Assembly: GCA_963783885.1 (NCBI GenBank) | Contig: CAWAPJ010000043.1 | Span: forward strand, 17,030-81,029 | Direction of reading: 5' to 3' | DNA: 64,000 nt | From: Waddliaceae bacterium | GTDB lineage: Bacteria; Chlamydiota; Chlamydiia; Chlamydiales; SLFE01 | Shown: piece after piece, positions 28,032 through 39,179 of the stretch | Layout of the letters: every line of letters starts with the position of its first letter | How positions within the stretch are numbered: the stretch's first letter is position 1 | The notes under the pieces: model-generated | The model's input: the letters and a program-made list of their open reading frames with translations, nothing else | Databases searched by the model: none | What the model was told of the DNA's origin: nothing | Position numbers and translations under genes: made by a program

Positions 28032-30021
28032 GCTTGTGACAAATTTTAAGCCTCGGGGCGACCAGCCGAAAGCGATCGGCGAGCTTTCAGAAGGGGTGGT
28101 TTCGGGGAAGCGTTCCCAGGTTTTGCTCGGCATCACCGGTTCGGGGAAAACGTTCACAATGGCTGGAGTGATTCAAAATGTTCAGAGGCCGACCCTCGTC
28201 CTCGCCCACAATAAAACCCTCGCCGCCCAGCTTTATCAGGAGTTTAAATCGTTTTTCCCTAATAATGCCGTCGAATATTTCGTCTCCTATTACGATTACT
28301 ATCAGCCGGAGGCCTACATTGCCCGGACAGATACCTATATCGAAAAAGATATGGCTATCAACGACAAGATCGACAAGATGCGCCTCAGCGCTACCCGATC
28401 CCTGCTTGAGCGCGACGATGTGATCATTGTCGCTTCGGTATCTTGCATCTACGGCCTCGGCTCTCCGGAATATTACCGAGGAATGAACCTCCAGCTTGAA
28501 GTGGACCGCGAGGTGCGCCGCGACGACATATTGCTGCACCTTGTCGAAATGCAGTACCAGAGAAACGATATCGACTTTGCCAGGGCCACATTCAGGGTTC
28601 GAGGAGACGTTCTCGAAATTTTTCCTGCTTACGAAGACGATCTGGCCATCCGTGTGGAATTTTTTGGCGACGAAATCGAAAGAATCAGCGAAATCGATCC
28701 TTTGACCGGCAGAGTCATCAGACGCGTCCCCGAAATTGTGATCTACCCTTCGTCCCACCACGTCACCCCCGAAGAGGTGCGGACCAGAGCCATACTAAGC
28801 ATCAAAGATGAGCTGAAAGAGCGGTCGGAGTGGTTTGAAAAACAAAATCTCCTTGTCGAGCAGCAAAGAATCAACCAAAGGACCAAATACGACCTGGAAA
28901 TGATCAAAGAGGTCGGATTTTGCAAAGGGATCGAAAACTATTCCCGCCATTTCAGCCAGAGAAAAGAAGGCGAGCCCCCTTCGTGCCTTCTCGATTATTT
29001 TCCCGATAATTATCTCATGTTTATCGACGAGTCCCACCAGACCATTCCCCAGGTTCACGCGATGTACAACGGCGACAAAGCACGTAAAAAGTCGCTGGTC
29101 GACTTCGGCTTCCGTCTCCCTTCTGCCTATGACAACCGGCCCTTAAAGTTTGAAGAGTTTTATGAACGGATCCATCAAGTGGTTTTCGTCTCTGCCACTC
29201 CGGCGGAGTGGGAGGTAAGGGAAGCGTCAAACGTCGTTGTCGAACAGATCATACGGCCAACCGGCCTTCTCGACCCTGTCATCGAAGTCAAGCCTGCATC
29301 GGGTCAGGTTGACGACTGCATCGAACAGATCAGGCAGGAAGTGGAGAAGGGAGGCCGCGTCCTAGTGACAACCCTGACCAAGCGCCTTTCCGAAGAGCTC
29401 ACAAAATACCTGCTCGAGCTTGATGTCAGCGCCAAATACCTGCACTCCGATATAGACACAGTCGAGCGCATCCAGATCATCAGCGACCTCCGCTCCGGCT
29501 ACTTCGACGTGCTTGTCGGAATCAACCTTTTAAGAGAAGGGCTCGACATACCCGAAGTTTCCCTCGTCTGCATCCTCGATGCCGATAAGGAGGGCTTTCT
29601 CCGCAGCGAAACGTCCCTCATCCAAACATGCGGCAGGGCCGCCCGGAATGTCTGCGGCCGCGTCGTAATGTACGCCGACAAAATTACCCGCTCCATTAAA
29701 AAAACACTTGATATTACGCAAGAAAGACGGGGGCAGCAGATCGCCTATAACCAAGAACACAACATTACACCCCAATCGGTCAAAAGAGAAATTTCCCTTC
29801 TCGTTGCAGAAGAGGCTGTTTACGAAGAGGCTGCCGAAGAAAAGGCAGTAGCCGAAGAACCCCATCACTACCTCTCTTCCGAGGAGGTTCAAAAGCTTGT
29901 CAAGCAATACGAAAAAGAGATGAACCTCGCCGCCAAAGAGCATCGCTTCGAAGATGCTGCCCGCTGCCGCGACCTCATGCACAAGTACCGCGACATGGCC
30001 CTCGCACTCTGCGAGGAGTAG
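28021..30021 (+). CDS. uvrB: Excinuclease ABC subunit B
   Basis: [29 protein letters not shown]; likely start ATG 28021 (MPFELV). Confidence 0.97.
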   Translation: MPFELVTNFKPRGDQPKAIGELSEGVVSGKRSQVLLGITGSGKTFTMAGVIQNVQRPTLVLAHNKTLAAQLYQEFKSFFPNNAVEYFVSYYDYYQPEAYIARTDTYIEKDMAINDKIDKMRLSATRSLLERDDVIIVASVSCIYGLGSPEYYRGMNLQLEVDREVRRDDILLHLVEMQYQRNDIDFARATFRVRGDVLEIFPAYEDDLAIRVEFFGDEIERISEIDPLTGRVIRRVPEIVIYPSSHHVTPEEVRTRAILSIKDELKERSEWFEKQNLLVEQQRINQRTKYDLEMIKEVGFCKGIENYSRHFSQRKEGEPPSCLLDYFPDNYLMFIDESHQTIPQVHAMYNGDKARKKSLVDFGFRLPSAYDNRPLKFEEFYERIHQVVFVSATPAEWEVREASNVVVEQIIRPTGLLDPVIEVKPASGQVDDCIEQIRQEVEKGGRVLVTTLTKRLSEELTKYLLELDVSAKYLHSDIDTVERIQIISDLRSGYFDVLVGINLLREGLDIPEVSLVCILDADKEGFLRSETSLIQTCGRAARNVCGRVVMYADKITRSIKKTLDITQERRGQQIAYNQEHNITPQSVKREISLLVAEEAVYEEAAEEKAVAEEPHHYLSSEEVQKLVKQYEKEMNLAAKEHRFEDAARCRDLMHKYRDMALALCEE

Positions 30022-30081
30022 GCGTATTCCGATATATTTCAACACCCGTTTGCTCAAGAAGGATATAGAGTAGACCCCAAA

Positions 30082-30615
30082 TCATTGAAATAATGGACCT
30101 GAAGTGCGGTTCACGATCTCCCGGGGACTGGGCTTTTGCCGGGAAGCATGGCACTCAGCTTTGGAATTTTTTTCCTTCTCTACTTTTTCATCCAAATCGC
30201 TTAAGTCAAAGAGGCCGTCATGCTTTATCCTAACTCTATGAAAACGAATATTTTTGTCGATTGCCAAAAAGGCAGCCGAGTAGCCGGGCGCCGGTTCTCG
30301 AGAGGCTCTGCTGTTGATGTTGATCTCTTTTAAGTAAACGTTGATGGCGTCATTAGTTTTTGTGACGCTTGTGATTCCGATAAAATTTGTGGAATCGGTG
30401 GTTTCTTTCCCGATAATGAACAGGGTGCGCTTGGAAAAATCGATGCGGGAGGCGATAGGTTCCAATTGAAGGTTTTCGGCAGAACACCAGCGGGTCAAAA
30501 TGTCCTTTGATTGAATACAGTAAAAGTCGTTATCCATGATGTTGGTTCTGGGCATTCTTTTTGTATGTCCAATGACTTGATAAAAGGTGCAAACAGCAGA
30601 TGTTATTGGTTCCAT
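30082..30615 (-). CDS. Hypothetical protein, weak PrcB C-terminal-like pattern
   Basis: IDFSKRTLFIIG...IGITSV...INVYL...YSAAFLAIDK; resemblance judged by eye only. Confidence 0.5.
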   Translation of the reverse strand: MEPITSAVCTFYQVIGHTKRMPRTNIMDNDFYCIQSKDILTRWCSAENLQLEPIASRIDFSKRTLFIIGKETTDSTNFIGITSVTKTNDAINVYLKEININSRASREPAPGYSAAFLAIDKNIRFHRVRIKHDGLFDLSDLDEKVEKEKNSKAECHASRQKPSPREIVNRTSGPLFQ

Positions 30616-30813
30616 GACTTCTCCAATTAATAAAGTTGGTGCAAAATAAGAAATAAATCGACTATGCGTGCAAGGCTTAGCATACTTAAAACAGGCTTAA
30701 GAATCCATATATTTTTCCCCTTGAGGCTTATTTTTAAAGAAAAAATTTGTTATAATAATAATTGAAAAATAGGGTTTTTTTTCTTATAGAAAGTCACAAA
30801 AATTAGCAAAGAT

Positions 30814-32685
30814 ATGGAACCAATAACCTTAGTAAAAATCAAAAAGCTGATCAATAAATTCGATCATTTTGAACGTCATCCTACTGAATTTGAAAGGATT
30901 GAGACTCTTATTAAAAAGGCGGATGCATGTCTTGATAAAGAAGCAAAGTATAAGTCTCTAGAAACCAAAGCGATGTGTCTCAAGCTCGAGGGGCGGAAAA
31001 TCTCTCTTTTCTATCGGCTGGAGATGGGAGACCGGCTGCAGCAGAAAGATTCTGCGGAATATCTCCATCAAGTGCTAAGCAAAAGGATGGTCGACTGGGT
31101 TTATGCCTATCCGGGGTTCAACCCCGATACACACGATCATGAGCCCGAGAGGAAAATTATCGAAGTGTGCGAAAAGTTTCCCGCTTTTGCCGATTTGCTC
31201 CTTAGGGATGAAAAGCTGCTGGATTCATTTTTCAAGTGGGCCATAAGGGATAACAACACAGTGGCTCCTATGGTCATGTTTATCTCTCTTACAGACCTGC
31301 TCCAAAGGTGCAGTCTTTCGCAAAGAACCGGATATAATATGGGGCGGGATATCCAAATACACACAGATTTTGATATCGAGGGGCACATTGTCCGAACTCT
31401 TGCCATTCCGGTTGAAGGGAGGCATTATAATATTGCCGCTAAAGATCAAAAAGTGTTAATGAAGGACGGAACCGAAAGAACTCTCAAGGAAATGTTTGAG
31501 ACTTTCCGCAACAAAGTTCACGGGCCGAGTGATCTGGAATTTTTCCCCAGAATTGGCATTACCTATTGGCCCTCTTATGAACCTTGGAAGGTAATGAACT
31601 TTGACGATCCCGAATTTTGGATCGGTCCGCCCCAGCTTAGGATTATCAACATTGATGAAGCTCAAAGAATCTATGGACCGACTGTTCCCGGCATCAAAAT
31701 GATCGAAGCCGTAGTGCCTCGGGAGAAGATCATCGAAAGAGACGGATTGTATTGGGTGGAACACGACCTTGCACTATTGAACGAAGTGAAGATACTCGAG
31801 GAGATGGGAGGGTTTGTCAAGGTTAGAATGCGGGAAAGGATCGCCGTTGATGGAAAGAACTTTATCCATGTTGTTCGAGCGACAAAGCAAAAGGATATGA
31901 GTTTTATGCGAACCCATGGTTTCGGAGATGTATTGATACCGCTAAAATCGGGACGCTACTACTTGTTTTCCATGGGTAAATATCCCAAAAAGTTTCCCGG
32001 ATCGGTTATTAAGCTCGTCATGGATTTTGTCAACGTTGTCCTGGCGGCCTTGCAGGTTGTTGACGACAATGTGTTTTTCAATCATCGCAATCATACACGC
32101 GAGTGCATCGGACTGACCCCCGAACAGGGAAAAACGCTGCTGGAAATTATACGGTTTTTGCTCATTCTTGCTCGCGATGACAAACTTGGCTTCGAGTTTC
32201 AAACGGAAGGGTGCGCGAAAATGGAACAGGTTGATATCGTCAAAATGGTGATGAAAATAGAAGAGGACGGCCATCCCGATGAAGAAGCAATCAGAGAAAG
32301 AATCGCTCACTTTCTTTATTCTAAAGAACTTGATGGTTACGATCTAAAGCATCTTCCCAATTTTTTCAGAACCACTTTGGACTATGTCCAGCCCGAAGGG
32401 GCTCTGGGTCTTGTTCTGACTTTCATTAAGAAATTCCCTAGGTTTTTGCAGCCTTCTCTTGTGACGATGGTTTATATGCTGACAGGCGTTTGGAGGGGGA
32501 TGACATTTAAAATCGGGGGGCGCGATATTCGACTGTCTCACATGCAATCTTCTTGCTTTCGCGATCACACTTATTATAAGCACAGCCTCTACCACCCCGG
32601 CTATTTGCACTTTCAGCAGGAAAAGAAGGGTATCACACTCTTAAGGCGCAAGCTCGCCTTTATCAAGCTCCCGTTTTACAAATAA
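30814..32685 (+). CDS. Hypothetical protein, paralog of 32712..34463
   Basis: Shared FAxLLLxDxKL..FFxWxIRD, EAQRxYGP, RAT, IPxxxGRY..GKY and PxxL motifs. Confidence 0.8.
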   Translation: MEPITLVKIKKLINKFDHFERHPTEFERIETLIKKADACLDKEAKYKSLETKAMCLKLEGRKISLFYRLEMGDRLQQKDSAEYLHQVLSKRMVDWVYAYPGFNPDTHDHEPERKIIEVCEKFPAFADLLLRDEKLLDSFFKWAIRDNNTVAPMVMFISLTDLLQRCSLSQRTGYNMGRDIQIHTDFDIEGHIVRTLAIPVEGRHYNIAAKDQKVLMKDGTERTLKEMFETFRNKVHGPSDLEFFPRIGITYWPSYEPWKVMNFDDPEFWIGPPQLRIINIDEAQRIYGPTVPGIKMIEAVVPREKIIERDGLYWVEHDLALLNEVKILEEMGGFVKVRMRERIAVDGKNFIHVVRATKQKDMSFMRTHGFGDVLIPLKSGRYYLFSMGKYPKKFPGSVIKLVMDFVNVVLAALQVVDDNVFFNHRNHTRECIGLTPEQGKTLLEIIRFLLILARDDKLGFEFQTEGCAKMEQVDIVKMVMKIEEDGHPDEEAIRERIAHFLYSKELDGYDLKHLPNFFRTTLDYVQPEGALGLVLTFIKKFPRFLQPSLVTMVYMLTGVWRGMTFKIGGRDIRLSHMQSSCFRDHTYYKHSLYHPGYLHFQQEKKGITLLRRKLAFIKLPFYK

Positions 32686-32711
32686 ATTGAGATTATGGTA
32701 AATCTTCAGTC

Positions 32712-34463
32712 ATGTCATTTCATGTTGAATCCCATTTGCCAAGATTCATACATTCGCTAAAGCATGATATTCCTATTGTTAGTTCAGGAAAGGGCAGCTT
32801 TAGAAAAGCGGTCTGGTATCGAAGGATGGACTTTCGCGAAAGCCGTTTGATATCTGTAGCAGTTACATTTATTCAGGCTATCGACCAAATTGAAAAAGCG
32901 TACCGTTATATCACAGATTCCAATTGGATCAAGGCCGGCAACTTGCTGATTGTCAAATTAGATGCTTGCAAAAGTGAAGAAACTGAAAAAATAAAGAGGA
33001 TTGTGCAGCAGAGGCTTTGCGGCCTCAAATACAGATCGGAAATGGGAAAGGAAAAGCCTCTTTCCAAAGGCGAGGCTCATCAGCTTTCTTCTCTGGCAAT
33101 GTCTTGGAAGGAAAAACAGGTCCATTTCGATGTCAGAAGCTGGCAGGGAGAAGATCAGATTGTCATTGATGAGCTTCGGCTTCGCTATACCACTTTTGCC
33201 AGGCTGCTTCTCAAAGACCCAAAGCTTTGCGGCCGTTTTTTCAATTGGACGATTCGTGATCGGATGAGAGTTGCCCAATTTATTTTATTTCCCAAAACGC
33301 AGGAGCTCTTTGATAAGCTGCAAGTTTCTCCCGGGTTTTCAAAAACGGGATCCCGCAAGCTTCTCATGACAAATGATAAGACCCGAGGGATTAAATGTCT
33401 GTCTTACCCTGTTTATGCTATATTTGAGGGAAGGCTTTGTTCGAAACAGGTTAGAGTTTGGGACAAAAACCGGAAATTTCAATTTCCTGCCGGATTTACA
33501 GCGACTCTTAGGGATATCTACACCGCTATGCGCCGGAAGAATAAGCATTGGGTGAAATTCATGATTTCTGAAAATGGTTTTGAGAATTGGAATGTGGCGG
33601 AATGGGGACCCACAGATAAACGTGGGATGACACAGCCAATAAGACTCGAAAAAGACAACTGGTTTAGAAAAATTCCCGTGATTGAGAGATTAACTGTCGA
33701 AGAGGCTCAAAGACTCTACGGCCCTGACTTGAACGGAAAAAATTTTGGAGTTTCTCTTAGGGCAACAAGAAAAAATCTTGATCAGGATTTCAATCGGGCC
33801 CATTCGTTTTTTGAACTCTGCATTCCTGACGGGAAGGGGAGATATTTTACACTGACCCCAGGAAAATACACCCGCGTCCTTCCGACATCTTTTGTTGAGC
33901 TTCTGCTGATGCTTGGAAGTACTAAGGACGGGGTTGTTGTCAGCCATGATCAAAATGATCTTTATCCCTGGAGGCAGCAGACCAGATATTCCGTTGTTGT
34001 CAATGAATCCGATTTTTTGTGGTTCGCGGAAAAAATACGTTGTTCCATCATAGAATCGAAAAAGGGGAATTTTCCCTTTTCCCTCATTCCGGAAAGTTGT
34101 TCTACCTGGTCGCAAAATTTAATGAATGACTTGCTTGAAAAGATCGGGAGGCCGCGGGAGAATTTTTTTACTATGTCTTTGCTCGAGTCGGATCCGAAGG
34201 GACTCTTTGGCGCCCTTATTTATTATTCGAAATATCTTCCTAGGTGCATCCGGAAGCTGATACTCCGTTTCATTATTCTTTTGCTTAATCCCTGGAGGAG
34301 CAAAACAGTCTATGATGGCGATGGAAATCCCTCTAAGGTATCTGTTTTTAAAAATCTGTCTTGGGATGAGCTCACTTTTGAAAACCCCGCACATCTTTTT
34401 CATCGGCAGATAAATGAAGGTGTGCTGCTGCCAAGCAGCGTTCAGCCCGAATGGCTGTCTTGA
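32712..34463 (+). CDS. Hypothetical protein, paralog of 30814..32685
   Basis: Same shared motifs as the upstream paralog. Confidence 0.8.
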   Translation: MSFHVESHLPRFIHSLKHDIPIVSSGKGSFRKAVWYRRMDFRESRLISVAVTFIQAIDQIEKAYRYITDSNWIKAGNLLIVKLDACKSEETEKIKRIVQQRLCGLKYRSEMGKEKPLSKGEAHQLSSLAMSWKEKQVHFDVRSWQGEDQIVIDELRLRYTTFARLLLKDPKLCGRFFNWTIRDRMRVAQFILFPKTQELFDKLQVSPGFSKTGSRKLLMTNDKTRGIKCLSYPVYAIFEGRLCSKQVRVWDKNRKFQFPAGFTATLRDIYTAMRRKNKHWVKFMISENGFENWNVAEWGPTDKRGMTQPIRLEKDNWFRKIPVIERLTVEEAQRLYGPDLNGKNFGVSLRATRKNLDQDFNRAHSFFELCIPDGKGRYFTLTPGKYTRVLPTSFVELLLMLGSTKDGVVVSHDQNDLYPWRQQTRYSVVVNESDFLWFAEKIRCSIIESKKGNFPFSLIPESCSTWSQNLMNDLLEKIGRPRENFFTMSLLESDPKGLFGALIYYSKYLPRCIRKLILRFIILLLNPWRSKTVYDGDGNPSKVSVFKNLSWDELTFENPAHLFHRQINEGVLLPSSVQPEWLS

Positions 34464-34578
34464 GAGCAGAGAGCAGAAATGTTTAAATATTAAACTATTG
34501 ACAAATGAAAATGAGTTTACATAAGGATTTTATGATTGGCAAAACGGTTAGTTGTCTAGATTTCTGATCTCTGCTCTC
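34462..34578. repeat. ~115-bp dispersed element with terminal inverted repeats, copy B
   Basis: GAGAGCAGAGAGCAGAAATGT and AGATTTCTGATCTCTGCTCTC (19/21 inverted match); spans the whole gap between two convergent stop codons. Confidence 0.75.
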
Positions 34579-37102
34579 ATTCGATATGCGGCTGCAGCAG
34601 TCCCATGACCTTCATCATGTGGATCTGGTCTTTTGTTCCGAAAACCTTAGCCAGCTTTTCATCGGGATTGATTTTACGCTTATCGCTAGGGTCCTGAAGA
34701 TTGTTGGCTTTTATGTATTCCCAGACCTTTTTCAGAACTTCGCCCCTCGGCATCTCGCTTCCTCCGGTAATTTCGGAAAGTTCTTTGGAGAGTTTGACCT
34801 TTTTTGTGGTGACGGCAGTTTTTCTTTTTTTTGTTTTTTTTGCTTTTCCCTTTTTTGCCGCTTTTTTATAGGGCGTGCGGGTATGGTCTGGATATTTATC
34901 GCTGAGTTTGTCAAGGTCGTTGACGATGACGTCGCATTCGGGAAAAGTCGAGCAGGAGTAGAATACCTTGCCGAAACGGGAGCGGCGCGCTGTCATTCTC
35001 CCCGGACAGTCATGAGCAGGGCAGGGAGGCATTTCAGCTTCAGGTATAGCGACTTCTCCCTTTTTGGGAATCTGAATGATTCCCCGGCAGTCAGGATACT
35101 TGCTGCAGCCAAGAAACGTTCCATAACGTCCGTGGCGGATTTTCATTTCCGAGCCGCATTTGGGGCAGGGCTGGTCCCAATCAAAGTCTTCGGCGTAGTC
35201 TTCTTTTGAGAATTCTAACTGTTCAATGGGCGCGCTGAAGTCGCATTCGGGATAATTGGAACAGCCGTAAAAGTACTTGGATTTGAACCAGATTTTCTGA
35301 AGCCGTCCTTCGCATTTTGGGCATTCGATGTCAGTCGTGATTTTCGGAACGAACGCCGACTTTTCGGCGTTTTCCAAAGTGGGCTCGAAATCCTTCCAAA
35401 ATTCGCGTATAATCGACTTCCAGTTCTTTTCATCCGTCGCGACCAGCTCCAGGTCATCTTCCATAGCTGCCGTAAAGCCGATGTCCATAATCTTTGTGAA
35501 GTTCGCTTCGAGCAAATCGCAAATCACCCTTCCGATCTCTGTAGGCTTAAGGCGTCCGCTCTCTTTAACAGTATATTCCCGGCTTTGAATCTTGTTCATG
35601 ATGGCCGCATATGTCGAGGGGCGTCCGATTCCCGATTTTTCAAGCTCCTTGACAAGGGAGGCTTCAGTGTATCTTGGCGGCGGTCTTGTAAATGCCTGAT
35701 CGGACAGAAGTTCGATGAGGCTTAAGTTTTGACCCTCTCGGAGATCGGGCAGGGATTTTTCCTCCTCTTCCTCCTCGTCGTCGGCCATTTCGTGGTAGGC
35801 CGCCAGCCATCCCGCGAATTTCAAGATCGACCCTGTCGCGCGGAGGACAATGTCGCTGCCTGCTTTGATATCGGCAGAGAGAGTATCATAAATGGCGGGA
35901 AGCATCTGAGAAGCGATAAACCGCTGCCAGATCAGCTGGTAGAGGTTGAATTGTTCATTGGTCAGATATGGTCTGACCATGTCGGGGTGGTGGTGGAGAT
36001 TGGTCGGGCGTATGGCTTCGTGGGCGTCCTGCGAGTTTTTCTTCGAGGAATAGAATTTCGGATTTTCGGGAAGGTACTCCTTGCCGAAACGGGTTTTTAT
36101 ATGATGGCGCGCTTCGTTAATCGCCGGAGGCTCAACCCTGACGGAGTCGGTACGCATGTAGGTGATCAAACCTTCGGTCCCCTCGTTGCCGAGGTCAAGA
36201 CCTTCGTAGAGCTGCTGAGCAATGCTCATTGTCCTCGCTGTCGAGTATCCGAAATGGCGGCTGGCCTCCTGCTGGAGGGTTGACGTGATAAAGGGCGGAA
36301 CGGGATTGCGCTTTTTTTCCTTACGTTCAACTTTGGCGACCGTGTAGGGGACATCTTTCATCCTCTTTAAAACTTCGTCTGCCTTTTCCTTGCTGCCGAT
36401 AAGGAAGACTTCTTTGCCCGGGGCGGGTTCTTTCTCGACTTTTTTCGACTCGACGGAGTAGAGCGTAGCCTTAAATGTCTTGTCATCCTTCTCAGGGCAG
36501 AGTATGGCGCCGAGATTCCAGTATTCGACCGGCTTGAAAGCCTCGATTTCCTTCTCTCTTTCCACAACAAGCTTCAGGGCCACCGATTGAACCCTGCCGG
36601 CTGAGACCCCTTTGGACCGGCCTCTTTGGATCCTCCGGTTGAGAATCGGGGAAATTTTATAGCCGACAATGCGGTCGAGAAGCCGCCGGGCCTGCTGGGC
36701 ATTGACCAGGGAGTAGTCGATTTCCTGGGGATTGGCGAGAGATTTGCTGACCTCTTCTTTTGTGAGGGCGTTGAAAGACACCCGTTTGCATTCGACAGAA
36801 TCGGGAAGGGCCTGTTTAATATGCCAGGCAATGGCTTCTCCTTCGCGGTCGGGGTCGGGGGAGAGGTAAACCACTTCAGCGTTTTTCGCCGCTTTTTTCA
36901 GCTTTTCCATCACCTTCTTTTTATCGGGGAGGATTTGATAGACCGGCTCGAAATCGTTTTCGATGTCGATCCCGAAATCCTTCTCAGGCAAGTCCCTAAC
37001 GTGGCCGATCGAGGATTCATAGGTATATTTGGACCCTAAAAATTTTTTTAAGGTTTTAATCTTCGCGGGGGACTCGACGATGATAAGAGGTTTTTTGGAC
37101 AT
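34577..37102 (-). CDS. topA: DNA topoisomerase I with Zn ribbons and C-terminal SWIB domain
   Basis: IVESPAK, DPDREGEAI, SAGRVQS, LITYMRTDS; C-terminal KVWEYIKANNLQDP. Confidence 0.98.
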   Translation of the reverse strand: MSKKPLIIVESPAKIKTLKKFLGSKYTYESSIGHVRDLPEKDFGIDIENDFEPVYQILPDKKKVMEKLKKAAKNAEVVYLSPDPDREGEAIAWHIKQALPDSVECKRVSFNALTKEEVSKSLANPQEIDYSLVNAQQARRLLDRIVGYKISPILNRRIQRGRSKGVSAGRVQSVALKLVVEREKEIEAFKPVEYWNLGAILCPEKDDKTFKATLYSVESKKVEKEPAPGKEVFLIGSKEKADEVLKRMKDVPYTVAKVERKEKKRNPVPPFITSTLQQEASRHFGYSTARTMSIAQQLYEGLDLGNEGTEGLITYMRTDSVRVEPPAINEARHHIKTRFGKEYLPENPKFYSSKKNSQDAHEAIRPTNLHHHPDMVRPYLTNEQFNLYQLIWQRFIASQMLPAIYDTLSADIKAGSDIVLRATGSILKFAGWLAAYHEMADDEEEEEEKSLPDLREGQNLSLIELLSDQAFTRPPPRYTEASLVKELEKSGIGRPSTYAAIMNKIQSREYTVKESGRLKPTEIGRVICDLLEANFTKIMDIGFTAAMEDDLELVATDEKNWKSIIREFWKDFEPTLENAEKSAFVPKITTDIECPKCEGRLQKIWFKSKYFYGCSNYPECDFSAPIEQLEFSKEDYAEDFDWDQPCPKCGSEMKIRHGRYGTFLGCSKYPDCRGIIQIPKKGEVAIPEAEMPPCPAHDCPGRMTARRSRFGKVFYSCSTFPECDVIVNDLDKLSDKYPDHTRTPYKKAAKKGKAKKTKKRKTAVTTKKVKLSKELSEITGGSEMPRGEVLKKVWEYIKANNLQDPSDKRKINPDEKLAKVFGTKDQIHMMKVMGLLQPHIE

Positions 37103-37996
37103 GCAGCTGCTTACTCCTCATTCAAGGGAATGATTATTATACTAACCTATATTATAATTAATACTCAATAGTATTGAAAAAAAGAGGCGCCAGCCAGCGC
37201 TGCCGCCCCTTTCGGAAAGTTTGTTTTTTCCTCCATTGACTAGAAGGAAATAGTGAGGCTTCCCGATATCGGTATCGGTATCGGTTGACAAGCCTCTATT
37301 GCGTTCGCTTTTGCGACGAGAAGATTTATTTCAGGTTTCGAGTCTTCAGTCTCAAGATCATGTTCCTGTTCTATCTCATCATAAGCGAGTGAGCACTCAT
37401 CTTGACTCACAGCTTTTAAACTCCATCAAGAAAAGCATTTGATTGCCGAAAAGCTGCCGAAAGTTCCAAAATCCTCCATTTCGAACCTCGCGGCAAGGCG
37501 CTGTTTTTTAGACCCCCACCGATAACAGATGTGAATTGTTTCTTGCCTCAAGCTAACCTTTTTCTTCATTCCCCAATGAAGAGGGAGGCGATCTCTCTAT
37601 TTCAACGCTTGCATTTCTTACTTTAGAAGAGATCAAAGTCAAGGCATTCCTCCATTCAAATGCTGTGATGCGGCAGGGAAAACAGCCGACTTAACGGCAA
37701 TGCAGACGCTTCCCCTTAATTTTCAACCTCGCCGCTATAAAACAGCGAGTTCATTTTCATGCCAAGTTTCAAAGTTCTATAAGAACTAACGCCCAATGAG
37801 CGTGGTTTCGAGCACTTGCAGACTAGTGTCACCTCCTTTTTTGCTCCAATGTTCCACTATTATCGGGCACATTCGAACCCCCATATCCCAAACTTGATAT
37901 GAGGCGGCGGGCCAAATCAAAAACTATGCAAAGCCCGCTTAATGCCTTATTTAACACTTTATCTAAAAATCATCAACACTTAAATTCTTATGTATT

Positions 37997-39169
37997 ATGA
38001 ATCGCGCCAGCAGAAAAGCCGGACTTTTTTCACTCTGGAGAATGCAGTATCTCTATCGTATTGATTTTAGGATGCTTCCGGTTATCTTTTCTCTTATGTG
38101 TATCAGCATATTGGTGATCGGCTCGCACGCGACAGGACAGGGAGTCGACTCGATTTTCGAAATTTTCAGCAGCCCCCAGGTGAAAAAGCAGATCGAGTGG
38201 TTTGCTATTTCGACAGGGGTTTTTCTGTTTTTTGCCGGCTTTGATTACAACAAGCTTCGCGAGCTGGCCTGGATCATTTATCTTTTAGCTGTGCTGGCGC
38301 TTGTGGGACTTTTCTTCACAAGCTCGATTGCAAGGGTCCATCGCTGGTACCGCATCCCTTTGATCGGCATGAGCATACAGCCTGCCGAATATGCCAAACT
38401 CGCTGTGGTTATCAGCTTGAGCTGGTTTCTTGAACGGCGCAAAGAGCAGGCGCAGGACTGGAGCACTGCTTTGATCAGCGGACTGATTGTCGGAATTCCT
38501 TTTCTGCTCATCCTCAAGCAGCCGGACCTCGGGTCGGCTCTCGTCCTTTACCCGATTACTCTGGTGATGTTCTATTTTGGCGGACTGAATCCTAAAGTTG
38601 TGCGTGTTATGACCTGGGCAGGAGCCATAGTTCTGACGATCGTGGCCGTTTTTTTTCTTGAAATCGCCTCCCATGAAGAGCTGAGGCCCTATGCGACAAG
38701 GGTGATGAAGGATTATCAGTATGATCGTTTGAAACCCAACAACCACCATCAAAAGGCATCGCTCACCGCGATCGCCGTCGGGGGCCTGACGGGAACGGGA
38801 TGGAAAAAGAGCGAGTTTACCGGCGGGGGGTGGCTGCCGGCTCCCTACACCGATTCGGTTTTTCCCGCATTCGGGGAGGAGTTCGGGTTTTTCGGCCTCG
38901 CCTTGATGATGGCTCTTTTTTATGCTTTAGTTTATTTTAGTTTTCAGGTGACGGCAGCGGCGAAGGATCATTTCGGGCGGCTTTTATCGGCGGGCATCAG
39001 CGTTTATCTGGCGATGCACATTCTGGTGAATGTCGGCATGATGTGCGGGTTGCTGCCGATTACAGGTGTTCCCTTGATACTGGTCACCTATGGCGGGTCA
39101 TCTGTCTTATTGACAATGACGGCTCTCGGCATATTGCAAAGTATTTACAGCAGAAGATTTATGTTTTAA
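37997..39169 (+). CDS. rodA: SEDS family protein, RodA/FtsW
   Basis: IQPAEYAK, KQPDLGSA, LPAPYTDSVF..FGEEFGF, LPITGVPL..YGGSS. Confidence 0.85.
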   Translation: MNRASRKAGLFSLWRMQYLYRIDFRMLPVIFSLMCISILVIGSHATGQGVDSIFEIFSSPQVKKQIEWFAISTGVFLFFAGFDYNKLRELAWIIYLLAVLALVGLFFTSSIARVHRWYRIPLIGMSIQPAEYAKLAVVISLSWFLERRKEQAQDWSTALISGLIVGIPFLLILKQPDLGSALVLYPITLVMFYFGGLNPKVVRVMTWAGAIVLTIVAVFFLEIASHEELRPYATRVMKDYQYDRLKPNNHHQKASLTAIAVGGLTGTGWKKSEFTGGGWLPAPYTDSVFPAFGEEFGFFGLALMMALFYALVYFSFQVTAAAKDHFGRLLSAGISVYLAMHILVNVGMMCGLLPITGVPLILVTYGGSSVLLTMTALGILQSIYSRRFMF

Positions 39170-39179
39170 GGTAGAAGTT

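Noticed and set aside
36965..37102. TopA-SWIB fusion, tandem ThyX and tuf-less str operon as novelties
   Set aside because: Established features of Chlamydiota; used only for taxonomy.
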